Source: Rhizobacter sp.
Lineage (GTDB): Bacteria; Pseudomonadota; Gammaproteobacteria; Burkholderiales; Burkholderiaceae_C
DNA length: 64,000 bases
Direction: 5' to 3'
NCBI GenBank assembly: GCA_018780185.1
Contig: JADMJX010000078.1
Coordinates: 1,007 to 65,006 of the forward strand
This document shows, in pieces, positions 19,795 through 29,468 of the stretch; the stretch's first letter is position 1, and every line of letters begins with the position of its first letter. The translations under genes were made by a program, and so were the position numbers. The notes under the pieces were generated by a model. That model searched no databases. It worked only from the letters and a program-made list of their open reading frames with translations, and was not told the DNA's origin.

Positions 19795-20871
19795 ATGAGC
19801 ATCGAAATCCGAAACCTCAACAAGGCCTTCGGCAAGACCGTCGTCTGCGACAACCTGAACCTCGACATCCCGTCGGGCGAACTCGTCGCGCTGCTCGGCC
19901 CCTCGGGCTCGGGCAAGACCTCGCTCTTGCGCATCATCGCGGGCCTGGAGCGGCCCGACTCGGGCTCCGTGCTGTTCCATGGCGCCGATGCCTCGTTCGA
20001 TGACGTGCGCGACCGCAATGTTGGCTTCGTGTTCCAGCACTACGCGCTCTTCGGCCACATGAGCATCTTCGAGAACGTGGCCTTCGGCCTGCGGGTACGA
20101 CCCAAGGCGACGAGGCCGAGCGAAGCCAAGATCAGAGAGAAGGTGATGGAGCTGCTCAAACTCGTGCAGCTCGACTGGCTGGCCGACCGCTACCCGCACC
20201 AGCTCTCAGGCGGCCAGCGGCAACGCATCGCACTCGCTCGCGCCTTGGCGGTCGAGCCCAAGGTGCTGCTGCTCGACGAGCCCTTCGGCGCGCTCGACGC
20301 CAAGGTGCGCAAGGAGCTGCGCCGCTGGCTGCGCCGCCTGCACGACGAGATGCACATCACCAGCGTGTTCGTCACCCACGATCAAGACGAGGCCATGGAA
20401 GTGGCCGACCGTGTGGTGGTGATGAACCTCGGCCGCATCGAACAAGACGGCCCGCCCGACGAGGTGTACGACCGGCCGGCCACGCCTTTCGTGCTGCAGT
20501 TCCTCGGTGACGTGAACCTGTTCCATGGCCGCTTCGGCCACGCCCCCGGCGGCAACGTCGACCCGGCCGATGTGAGCTACGTGCGCCCGCATGAGCTGGA
20601 GATCGTGGCCACGGCCTCCGAGGGCACGCTGGCGGTCAGCCTGTCGCAGGCCTTGACGGTGGGCCCGCAGACGCGCATCGAGTTCAAGCGTCTGGACGAC
20701 GGCAGCTATGTCGACGTCGAGATGGCGCGCAGCGACTACACCGTGTTGCGTGACCGGCTGGGCCTCGAGACTGGCAGCCAGGTCTACCTCAAGCCGCGGC
20801 GTGTGACCCGCTTCAGCGCCGGCCCCAACGCGGCGCAGGCCGAACAGATCGACCCGGCGGCCATGATCTAA
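19795..20871 (+). CDS. cysA: Sulfate ABC transporter ATP-binding protein CysA
   Basis: Walker A GPSGSGKT, signature LSGGQRQR, Walker B LLLDEP, C-terminal regulatory domain. Confidence 0.95.
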   Translation: MSIEIRNLNKAFGKTVVCDNLNLDIPSGELVALLGPSGSGKTSLLRIIAGLERPDSGSVLFHGADASFDDVRDRNVGFVFQHYALFGHMSIFENVAFGLRVRPKATRPSEAKIREKVMELLKLVQLDWLADRYPHQLSGGQRQRIALARALAVEPKVLLLDEPFGALDAKVRKELRRWLRRLHDEMHITSVFVTHDQDEAMEVADRVVVMNLGRIEQDGPPDEVYDRPATPFVLQFLGDVNLFHGRFGHAPGGNVDPADVSYVRPHELEIVATASEGTLAVSLSQALTVGPQTRIEFKRLDDGSYVDVEMARSDYTVLRDRLGLETGSQVYLKPRRVTRFSAGPNAAQAEQIDPAAMI

Positions 20872-20977
20872 ACAATCTATGCAACTCCGGCAGGAGGGTC
20901 AGATCAGCCACGTCAGTTCCAAGCCCTGACAATGCGCCCTTCGGCCAGGTGGCCGTGGCGAGATGGGGAGCGTGACC

Positions 20978-23290
20978 ATGAACTCGAACAAGTTCGCGAA
21001 CTGGCTGTGGTCCTGCGCCGTTGTCACCCTCTTGGCGGGGTGCGGCGGCGGCGATGACGGTGGTGGCCCCCCCATTCCGAGCAACGAGCCGCCGGTGGCC
21101 ACGATCACTGCACCGGCCGCAGGCACCACCTTCCGCGCCGGCGACACCATCGGCTTTGCAGGCAGCGCGACCGACCCGGAAGACGGCGCCCTGGCAGCTT
21201 CACAGCTGACCTGGTGGGCCGAGCTGCACCACGACAGCCACAGCCACCCGTTCCAGCCCGCGACCGTGGGCGCCAGCGGGCAGGTGACGATTCCGACGCA
21301 GGGCGAGACCTCGCCCGACATCTTCTACCGCTTCTACCTGCGTGCGACCGACAGCGGCGGCGCCACGCACGTGGCCACGCGGGACATCCTGCCGCAGACG
21401 GCGGTGGTCACCGTGACCAGCGTGCCGGTGGGCCTGACCCTCACGCTTGATGGCCAGCCGATCACCACACCGAACGTCTTCACCGGCGTGGTGGGCATCG
21501 AGCGGGCCCTGTCTGCGCCGGCGCAGCAGAACTTGGCCGGCCGGCGCTACCAGTTTGCGAGCTGGAGTGACGGCGGGGCGGCCACGCACACCATCTCGAC
21601 CCCGGCGGTGAACACCACCTTCACCGCCACCTACGTTGACATGGGCCCGGCCATCAACACCCCGCCCCAGGTCGCGTTGACGGCGCCGGCCGATGGCAGC
21701 GCCGCGACCGCCGGTGTGGTCGTCAACCTGTCGGCCACTGCGAGCGACAGCGACGGCGTGGTGGCGGGCGTCGAGTTCTTCGAGAACGGCGTGAAGATCG
21801 GTGCCACCGACACCTCGGCGCCCTACGGCGCGGCCTGGACGCCGTCGGCCCAGGGTGCTCGCACGCTCACCGCGCGGGCCACTGACAACGAAGGCCTCGC
21901 GACCACCAGCGCGGCGGTGACCGTGACGGTGACCGGGGCGGGAGGGTCCGACACCGAAGCGCCGGTGGCCACGCTCACCGAGCCGACGAACCTGGCCAGC
22001 GGACTCTCCGGCACGCTGACCCTCAGCGCCACCGCGACCGACAACGTTGCGGTGACGGGCATGGAGTTCCAGGTGGATGGCGTGCAGGTGGGCCCCACCG
22101 GCGGTGGCTCGCCCCACAGCGTGACGTTCGACTCGACGCCCTACGCGTCGGGGCAGCACATCGTGAGAGTGCGTGCCCGAGACGCAGCCGGCAACCTCTC
22201 GCCCTGGGCGACGGCCACGGTCGAATTCGGTGGTGGCCGCACGCAGCCCGCGGGCATCACGCGCACCGAAGACTGGATCACCGGCCTGAGCAGCGCCACC
22301 GCTTTCGCGCAAACCCCCGACGGGCGCATGTTCATTGCCGAGCAAGGTGGGCAACTGCGGGTCGTGACGGCCGCCGGCGTGTTGCTTGCCACGCCCTTCA
22401 TCACGCTGACGGTCGACCCCAACGGCGAGCGCGGCCTGCTCGGCGTGGCGCTGCACCCTGACTTTGCCAACAACCGCTACGTCTACCTGTACTACACGAC
22501 CCCGGAGAACGGCGTCCACAACCGCATCAGCCGGTTCACCGCCAACCCCTCCAACCCCAACATCGCCTCGGTGGGCAGCGAGCTTCGCATCGCCGACCTG
22601 CCGGCCTTGTCGAGCGCGACCAACCACAACGGCGGCGCCATGCACTTCGGCACCGACGGCAAGCTCTACGTGGCGGTGGGCGACAACGCCGACAGCGCCA
22701 AGGCTCCCGACCTCAACGAGCCCTTCGGCAAGATGCTGCGTTTCAACGACGACGGCAGCATCCCGGGCGACAACCCGTTCTGCACCACCGCAGGCACGCT
22801 GCGCTGCGCGATCTGGGCGCGCGGCCTGCGCAACCCGTTCACCTTCGCGGTGCGCCCAAGCGACGGGCGCATCCACATCAACGACGTCGGCGCGGGCTCG
22901 TGGGAAGAGATCAACCTGGGCGTCCGCGGGGCCGACTATGGCTGGCCGTCGAGCGAAGGCCCGACGAACGACGCGGGCGTCACCGCGCCGCTGTTTGCCT
23001 ATGACCACGACGACTCGTCGGCGTCCGGGCCGGGTGGTTTTTTCAGCGGTTGCGCCATCATCGGCGGTGCGTTCTACCCCGACGCCGGCCCCTTCCCGGC
23101 GGCCTACCGCGGCAGCTACTATTTCACCGACTTCTGCTCTCCGGTGATCGGGCGGGTTGACCTCGCCAACGGCAACGCCGCCTATGCCTTCGGCCGCGTC
23201 TCCGGCTGGCCGGTGGGCATGCTGACCGGGCTCGATGGCGCACTGTATGTGCTCACGCAGGGCGGCATCACCCGCTTCGGCGCACCCTGA
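20978..23290 (+). CDS. Lipoprotein: His-cluster N-terminal block + 2 Ig-like repeats + soluble glucose/sorbosone dehydrogenase (SGDH)-type beta-propeller (paralog 1)
   Basis: GGGGAG SD before ATG 20978; lipobox LLAGC; SGDH-like motifs NHNGGAMHFGTDGKLYVAVGDN and GLRNPFTF; Ig-like repeats around VEFFENGVKIG and MEFQVDGVQVG. Confidence 0.8.
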   Translation: MNSNKFANWLWSCAVVTLLAGCGGGDDGGGPPIPSNEPPVATITAPAAGTTFRAGDTIGFAGSATDPEDGALAASQLTWWAELHHDSHSHPFQPATVGASGQVTIPTQGETSPDIFYRFYLRATDSGGATHVATRDILPQTAVVTVTSVPVGLTLTLDGQPITTPNVFTGVVGIERALSAPAQQNLAGRRYQFASWSDGGAATHTISTPAVNTTFTATYVDMGPAINTPPQVALTAPADGSAATAGVVVNLSATASDSDGVVAGVEFFENGVKIGATDTSAPYGAAWTPSAQGARTLTARATDNEGLATTSAAVTVTVTGAGGSDTEAPVATLTEPTNLASGLSGTLTLSATATDNVAVTGMEFQVDGVQVGPTGGGSPHSVTFDSTPYASGQHIVRVRARDAAGNLSPWATATVEFGGGRTQPAGITRTEDWITGLSSATAFAQTPDGRMFIAEQGGQLRVVTAAGVLLATPFITLTVDPNGERGLLGVALHPDFANNRYVYLYYTTPENGVHNRISRFTANPSNPNIASVGSELRIADLPALSSATNHNGGAMHFGTDGKLYVAVGDNADSAKAPDLNEPFGKMLRFNDDGSIPGDNPFCTTAGTLRCAIWARGLRNPFTFAVRPSDGRIHINDVGAGSWEEINLGVRGADYGWPSSEGPTNDAGVTAPLFAYDHDDSSASGPGGFFSGCAIIGGAFYPDAGPFPAAYRGSYYFTDFCSPVIGRVDLANGNAAYAFGRVSGWPVGMLTGLDGALYVLTQGGITRFGAP

Positions 23291-23418
23291 CACGGCACCT
23301 TCCTACAGCGCGTCGTGGCGCTGTCCGATGATCGACAGAAGGGCTGACTTCTACATTGAGTTGCATCAGCGCAGGCACGGCAGTCGGCGGCGCTCGTCAC
23401 CGATGGAGCGTTGCAGCC

Positions 23419-25938
23419 ATGTCACCTTTACCACTCCGCGCGATCCGCGCGATGGCCGCCCTCTTCGTCAGCCTCGCCTTGGTGGCTTGTGGTGGCGGCA
23501 ACAACGACGCTTCACCCGAGGACAACCAGCGTGAGACCCCGCTGACCCTGGAAGGGGCCTGGACCCGGATCGCCAACGAAGGCGAAACCTTCACCCTGGT
23601 GGGCGCCCCCCAGACGGTCGCTTATGGTGATGGCACCCGCTGGGTGCTGAAGACGATGACGGGCACCGCCGTGTGCAGAAAAAGCACCTTCGGGTGGGAC
23701 CCGGCCGTCGGCGCGGTCAAGTGGTGCCAGATCAGGGCCAGTGCCACGAACCAAGCGCCCGTCGCCACCATCGGCAGCCCGAGCGCGGGCACGACATTTC
23801 GCGCCGGCCAAACGATCAGCTTCAGCGGCAGTGCCACCGATGCCGAAGACGGCGTGCTCGCCGCCACACGCCTGACCTGGTGGGCCGAGCTTCACCACAA
23901 CGTTCACAGCCACCCGTTCCAGCCGCAGACCACCGGAGCCACTGGTTCGGTGGTGATCCCGACGCGCGGTGAAACCGCACACGACATCTTCTATCGCTTC
24001 CACCTGCGCGCCACCGACAGCGCGGGCGCCACGCATGTCGTGACGCGCGACATCCAGCCGCAAAAGGCGCAAGTGACCTTGACGGCCGTGCCAGCTGGCC
24101 TGGCGATGACGCTCGACGGCCAGCCGATCACGGCACCCATGGTGTTCACCGGGGTGGTGGGCATCGAGCGCGACCTCGTGGCCCCCACGGCGCAGAACCT
24201 CAACGGCCGGCGCTACCAGTTCGTGAGCTGGAGCGACGGGGGGGCGGCCACGCACACCATCTCGACCCCGGTGGCCAACACGACGTTCACCGCCACCTAC
24301 ACCGACATCGGGCCGGTGACCAACAGCCCGCCCACCGTGGCGCTCACCGCTCCGGCCAACAACAGCAGCGGCACCGCTGGTGTGCCCATCGGCTTGACAG
24401 CCAATGCCAGCGACAGCGACGGCACCATCACCGGCGTCGAGTTCTTCGAGAATGGCGTGAAGATCGGCGCCACCGACACCACCTCGCCCTATGCCGTCTC
24501 GTGGACCCCTGCGACTGTCGGCACGCGCACCCTCACGGCACGTGCGACAGACAGCAGCGCCGCGAGCACCACCAGCGCTCCCATCGTGGTCACGATCACA
24601 GCGCCCAGCTCTGACGCCCAACCGCCCGTGGCCACCCTCACCGCGCCGGCCAACCTTGCCAGTGGGCTGGTGGGCACGTTGTCGATCACGGCGACCGCGA
24701 CCGACAACGTTGGCGTGAGCGGCGTCGAGTTCCAGGTCGATGGCGTGCAGATCGGCAGCACGGACACCAGCTCGCCCTACAGCGTGACGGTGGACTCGAA
24801 CCTCTACGCCTCAGGTCAACACGTGATCCGTGCCCGTGCACGCGACGCTGCCGGCAACCTCTCGGCGTGGGCCAGTGCGACCGTGCAGTTTGGCGGCACC
24901 CGCAACCAGCCAGCGGGCTTCACCCTCAACGAAAGCTGGATCACCGGCCTGACCAGCGCGACGGCTTTTGCACAGGCCCCCGACGGGCGCCTGTTCGTCG
25001 CGCTGCAAGGGGGTGACCTTCGTGTCGTCAAGACCGGCGCCTTGCTGGCCACACCTTTCGTTCATCTGAATGTGGATTCCGCCGGTGAGCGCGGCCTGAT
25101 CGGCGTGGCGCTTCACCCCAACTTTGCGACGAACCGGTTTGTCTACGTCTACTACACCCGCATCAATGGCGGCGCGCGCAACAACCGCGTCAGCCGCTTC
25201 ATTGCCAGCGGCGATGTGGCCGGCAGCGCCGAGCAGGTACTGGTCGACCTGCCCAACCTGTCGAGTGCCACCAACCACAACGGTGGTGCCATGCACTTCG
25301 GCAACGACGGCAAGCTCTACGTGGCGGTCGGCGACAACGCCAACAGCGCGAACGCGCCCGACCTGAACAGCCCGTTCGGCAAGATGCTGCGCTTCAACGA
25401 CGACGGCAGCATCCCGGGCGACAACCCGTTCTGCACCACCGCGGGCACGTTGCGCTGTGCGATCTGGGCGCGCGGTTTGCGCAACCCGTTCACCTTTGCC
25501 GTGCGCCCAAGCGACGGGCGCATGCACATCAACGATGTCGGCGCGAGCATGTGGGAAGAAATCAACCTCGGCGTGCCGGGTGCCAACTACGGTTGGCCGG
25601 CCACCGAAGGGCCGACCACCGCCGCCGGTGTGACAGGGCCGCTGTTTGCTTACGACCATACGGCCGAGGCCACCGGGCCGGCCGGGTTCTTCAATGGCTG
25701 CGCCATCACCGGGGGCACCTTCTACCCCACCAGTGGCACGTTCCCCGTGGCGTACCGTGGCAGCTACTACTTCACCGACTTCTGTACCCCGATGGTCGGG
25801 CGTGTCGACCTCGCGAACGGGAACGCGGCCTATGCCTTCGGCCGCGTCACCGGCTGGCCGGTGGGCATGCTGTCGGGGCTGGACGGCGCCTTGTACGTGC
25901 TGACGCAAACCCGCATCGCCCGCTTCAGCGCGCCCTGA
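23419..25938 (+). CDS. Lipoprotein: extra Cys module + His-cluster block + 2 Ig-like repeats + SGDH-type beta-propeller (paralog 2)
   Basis: ATG 23419 with lipobox LALVAC; same architecture as 20978-23290; 50-aa run PFGKMLRF...RPSDGR is identical in both. Confidence 0.8.
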   Translation: MSPLPLRAIRAMAALFVSLALVACGGGNNDASPEDNQRETPLTLEGAWTRIANEGETFTLVGAPQTVAYGDGTRWVLKTMTGTAVCRKSTFGWDPAVGAVKWCQIRASATNQAPVATIGSPSAGTTFRAGQTISFSGSATDAEDGVLAATRLTWWAELHHNVHSHPFQPQTTGATGSVVIPTRGETAHDIFYRFHLRATDSAGATHVVTRDIQPQKAQVTLTAVPAGLAMTLDGQPITAPMVFTGVVGIERDLVAPTAQNLNGRRYQFVSWSDGGAATHTISTPVANTTFTATYTDIGPVTNSPPTVALTAPANNSSGTAGVPIGLTANASDSDGTITGVEFFENGVKIGATDTTSPYAVSWTPATVGTRTLTARATDSSAASTTSAPIVVTITAPSSDAQPPVATLTAPANLASGLVGTLSITATATDNVGVSGVEFQVDGVQIGSTDTSSPYSVTVDSNLYASGQHVIRARARDAAGNLSAWASATVQFGGTRNQPAGFTLNESWITGLTSATAFAQAPDGRLFVALQGGDLRVVKTGALLATPFVHLNVDSAGERGLIGVALHPNFATNRFVYVYYTRINGGARNNRVSRFIASGDVAGSAEQVLVDLPNLSSATNHNGGAMHFGNDGKLYVAVGDNANSANAPDLNSPFGKMLRFNDDGSIPGDNPFCTTAGTLRCAIWARGLRNPFTFAVRPSDGRMHINDVGASMWEEINLGVPGANYGWPATEGPTTAAGVTGPLFAYDHTAEATGPAGFFNGCAITGGTFYPTSGTFPVAYRGSYYFTDFCTPMVGRVDLANGNAAYAFGRVTGWPVGMLSGLDGALYVLTQTRIARFSAP

Positions 25939-25947
25939 GGCCGGCGC

Positions 25948-26883
25948 TCAGCCGTCGACCGCCTCTCCTCTCATCGCGCCCTCTACCACCGGGCGCGTGA
26001 GGGTCGGTGCAAACGCCTCGATGAAGGCGTAGACGTAGCCGCGCAACCAGGCGCCACGGCGGATCGCCAGGCGGGTGAGGTTGACCTCGAACAGAGAGCG
26101 TGCATCGAGCGCGCGCAGCGTGCGGTCGCGTTCCGGGTCGAAGGCGATCGAGGCGACGATGCCCACCCCCATGCCGAGCTCGACATAGGTCTTGATCACG
26201 TCGGCGTCCATCGCGCTCAGCACCACGTCGGGCTCCAGGCCGGCGCTTGCGAAGGCTTCGTCAATGTGGGTGCGACCGGTGTAGCCCGCGTTGTAGGTGA
26301 TGACCGGGTGGCGGGCCAGCCGCTCCAGCGTGAGGGGCTTGCCGTCGAGCAGCTCATGCCCGGGCGGCACGATCACGCTGTGCGTCCAGCGGTAGCAGGG
26401 CAGGGCCACGAGCTGCTCGTACTGCGCCAGGCCTTCGGTGGCGACGCCGATGTCGGCCTCGCCGCTCAGCAGCATCTGCGCCACCTGGCTGGGCGAACCC
26501 TGGTGCAGGTTGAGCGTGACCTGCGGGTAGAGCTGGCGGAAGTCGCGCACCACCTGCGGCAGGGCATAACGCGCCTGGGTGTGGGTGGCGGCGATCGACA
26601 GGCGGCCGCGGGTCTGGGCGCTGAACTCCTCACCGGCGCGTTTGAGGTTTTCGGCGTCGTGCAGCAGGCGCTCGACGATGGGCAACACCGCCTCGCCGGG
26701 TGGCGTGAGGCCGGTGAGCCGCTTGCCCGAGCGCACGAAGATCTCGACACCGAGCTCTTCTTCGAGCTCGCGGATCTGTCGGCTGATGCCGGGCTGTGAG
26801 GTGTGCAGCACACCCGCCACCTCGGTGAGGTTGAAGCCGCAACGCAGGGCTTCGCGCACGGAGCGCAGTTGCTGGAAGTTCAT
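25948..26883 (-). CDS. cysB: LysR-family transcriptional regulator, CysB/Cbl-like
   Basis: MNFQQLRSVREALRCGFNLTEVAGVLHTSQPGISRQIRELEEELGVEIF is a CysB-type HTH N-terminus; 311 aa; next to sulfate transporter genes. Confidence 0.88.
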   Translation of the reverse strand: MNFQQLRSVREALRCGFNLTEVAGVLHTSQPGISRQIRELEEELGVEIFVRSGKRLTGLTPPGEAVLPIVERLLHDAENLKRAGEEFSAQTRGRLSIAATHTQARYALPQVVRDFRQLYPQVTLNLHQGSPSQVAQMLLSGEADIGVATEGLAQYEQLVALPCYRWTHSVIVPPGHELLDGKPLTLERLARHPVITYNAGYTGRTHIDEAFASAGLEPDVVLSAMDADVIKTYVELGMGVGIVASIAFDPERDRTLRALDARSLFEVNLTRLAIRRGAWLRGYVYAFIEAFAPTLTRPVVEGAMRGEAVDG

Positions 26884-27138
26884 GGGTCAGGGCCCGCGCG
26901 TGAGGCGGCCGGTTGGCAGGGTTGGCGCAGTATGTGGAAGCCCCGCTAGTTGCGGAACAACTGAATACTGCTTTCCTTATCCGAAAAACGATTAAAGGCG
27001 TTTTGCTGGAACCTCTTGGGGGCAACCCGGGTCTGCGCCCTGGCCCCCTCGTGACTCAGGGGCGGCGGCATACAATTCCACGCTTTCACTCCGGCAGGGC
27101 GCCACCCGGCGCAGACCGGCTCCAACGAGGATCTCCAC

Positions 27139-27471
27139 GTGTTCATTTCCGAAGCTTTTGCACAGGCAGCCCCCGCGGCGGCCGCCGCCGAATCGCCGTT
27201 TGGTGGCATCACCGGCATGCTCCCCATCATCTTGATGTTCGTGGTGCTGTACTTCGTGATGATCCGCCCGCAGATGAAGCGCCAGAAGGAGCACAAGGCC
27301 ATGATCGACGCCCTGGCGAAGGGCGACGAGGTGGTGGTCGCAGGTGGTCTGCTGGGCCGTGTCTCGAAGATGGGCGACAGCTTCCTCACCGTCGAAGTCG
27401 CCAACGGCGTCGAGATCCAGGTGCAACGCGCCGCGGTGGTGCAGGTGCTGCCCAAGGGCACCTTCAAGTAA
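27139..27471 (+). CDS. yajC: Preprotein translocase subunit YajC
   Basis: GTG start after GAGGA; ILMFVVLYFVMIRPQMKRQKEHKAMIDALAKGDEVV is the YajC signature; upstream of secDF. Confidence 0.92.
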   Translation: MFISEAFAQAAPAAAAAESPFGGITGMLPIILMFVVLYFVMIRPQMKRQKEHKAMIDALAKGDEVVVAGGLLGRVSKMGDSFLTVEVANGVEIQVQRAAVVQVLPKGTFK

Positions 27472-27554
27472 TTCAACCGAGACACACCGGCCTGGCCACA
27501 GCCGTGGACGGCGCCGCATAAAAGCAAGGGGCTCCGCCCCGCGAAAGAGGCTTC

Positions 27555-29435
27555 ATGAATCGCTACCCGTGGTGGAAGTACACGATCCTGGGCCTCGCCC
27601 TGCTGGTCGGCCTGATCTTCACCTTGCCCAACTTCTTTGGTGAAGCGCCCGCCGTTCAGGTGAGCAGTGGCAAGGTCACCGTCAAGCTCGACAGCAGCAC
27701 CACGCTGCGTGTCGAGCAGGCGCTCAAGGCGGCCGACCTGAAGCCCGACTTCGTGCTGCTCGAAGGCAACTCGATCAAGGCCCGCTTCGCCGATGGCGAT
27801 GCGCAGCTCAAGGCGAAAGACGTGCTGAGCAAGGCGCTCAACCCCGACCCCACGGACCCGAGCTACATCGTTGCGCTCAACCTGCTGTCGCGCTCACCGC
27901 ATTGGCTGACCGCGATGCGTGCGCTGCCCATGTACCTGGGCCTGGACCTGCGCGGTGGTGTGCACTTCCTGATGCAGGTCGACATGAAGGCGGCGCTGAC
28001 CAAGAAGACCGAGGCGATGGCCGGCGACATCCGCTCGCAGTTGCGCGACAAGAACCTGCGCCATGCCGGTGTCACACGAGACAACAACACCCTCAACGTA
28101 CGCTTTCGCGACCAAGAAACGCGTGACGCCGCCGCCAAGCTGCTGGCCGAGCAGATGACCGACATGGTGTGGACGCAGGCGCCCGAGGGCACCGACTTCA
28201 TGCTCAGCGGCACGCTCAAGCCCGAAGCGGCACGCGCGGTGCAAGACGCCGCGCTCAAGCAGAACATCACCACGCTGCACAACCGCGTCAACGAGCTCGG
28301 CGTGGCCGAGCCGGTGATCCAGCAGCAAGGCGCCGACCGTGTCGTGATCCAGTTGCCGGGCGTGCAAGACACGGCCAAGGCCAAGGACATCATCGGCCGC
28401 ACCGCCAACCTCGAATTCCGCCTGGCCGACATGTCGGCCGAAGCGCGAGCCGCGGTCGAAGGCACCGGCCCCGTGCCCTTCGGGCGCGAGCGGTTCACCG
28501 TGGGCCGAGGCGCCCCGGTCATCACCTACAAAGAGGCTGTGGCCACCGGCGAGATGCTGACCAATGCCCAGCCGCGCCCTGACCAGAACAGCCAGCCGGC
28601 GGTGTCGGTCAGCCTCGACGCCAAGGGCGGGCGGCTGATGCGCGAGATGACGCGCAACAACGTCGGCAACTTCATGGCCGCGATCCTGTTCGAGAAGGGC
28701 AAGGGCGAAGTGCTGACGGTGGCGCGCATCCAGGGTGAGTTCGGCAACGAGTTCCAGATCACCGGCATGGGCACCACCGAAGCTGCCAACGACCTGAGCC
28801 TCTTGTTGCGCGCCGGCTCGCTGGCCGCGCCGATGGAGATCATCGAAGAAAGCACCATCGGCCCGAGCCTGGGGGCCGACAACATCGCCAAGGGCTTCAA
28901 CAGCGTGATCTACGGCTTTGTGGCGATCGCGGTGTTCATGTGTGCCTACTACCTGCTGTTCGGCGTGTTCTCCACGGCCGCGCTGGCGTTCAACCTGCTG
29001 CTGCTGGTGGCGGTGTTGTCGATGCTGCAGGCCACGCTCACGCTGCCCGGCATCGCGGCCATCGCACTGACGCTGGGCATGGCGATCGATGCCAACGTGC
29101 TGATCAACGAGCGGGTGCGCGAAGAGCTCAGGGCGGGAGCGTCGCCGCAGGCGGCCATCAACACCGGCTACGAGCGCGCGTTCGCGACGATTCTCGATTC
29201 GAACGTCACCACGCTGATCGCCGGCATCGCCTTGTTTGCCTTCGGCTCCGGGCCGATCAAGGGCTTTGCGGTGGTGCACTGCCTGGGCATCCTGACCTCG
29301 ATGTTCTCGGCCGTCGTGTTCTCGCGCGGCTTGGTGAACTTCTGGTATGGCCGCCAGAAAAAGCTGAAGTCGGTCTCGATCGGCCAGGTCTGGAAACCCC
29401 AGGCCACCGAAGCCGACGCCCAGGTCAAGACCTGA
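27555..29435 (+). CDS. secD: Protein translocase subunit SecD
   Basis: 626 aa, large periplasmic domain plus C-terminal 6-TM SecD region; context yajC-secD-secF. Confidence 0.96.
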   Translation: MNRYPWWKYTILGLALLVGLIFTLPNFFGEAPAVQVSSGKVTVKLDSSTTLRVEQALKAADLKPDFVLLEGNSIKARFADGDAQLKAKDVLSKALNPDPTDPSYIVALNLLSRSPHWLTAMRALPMYLGLDLRGGVHFLMQVDMKAALTKKTEAMAGDIRSQLRDKNLRHAGVTRDNNTLNVRFRDQETRDAAAKLLAEQMTDMVWTQAPEGTDFMLSGTLKPEAARAVQDAALKQNITTLHNRVNELGVAEPVIQQQGADRVVIQLPGVQDTAKAKDIIGRTANLEFRLADMSAEARAAVEGTGPVPFGRERFTVGRGAPVITYKEAVATGEMLTNAQPRPDQNSQPAVSVSLDAKGGRLMREMTRNNVGNFMAAILFEKGKGEVLTVARIQGEFGNEFQITGMGTTEAANDLSLLLRAGSLAAPMEIIEESTIGPSLGADNIAKGFNSVIYGFVAIAVFMCAYYLLFGVFSTAALAFNLLLLVAVLSMLQATLTLPGIAAIALTLGMAIDANVLINERVREELRAGASPQAAINTGYERAFATILDSNVTTLIAGIALFAFGSGPIKGFAVVHCLGILTSMFSAVVFSRGLVNFWYGRQKKLKSVSIGQVWKPQATEADAQVKT

Positions 29436-29468
29436 GCCCCATCAAGAACTCAAACAGGATCCACAGAC

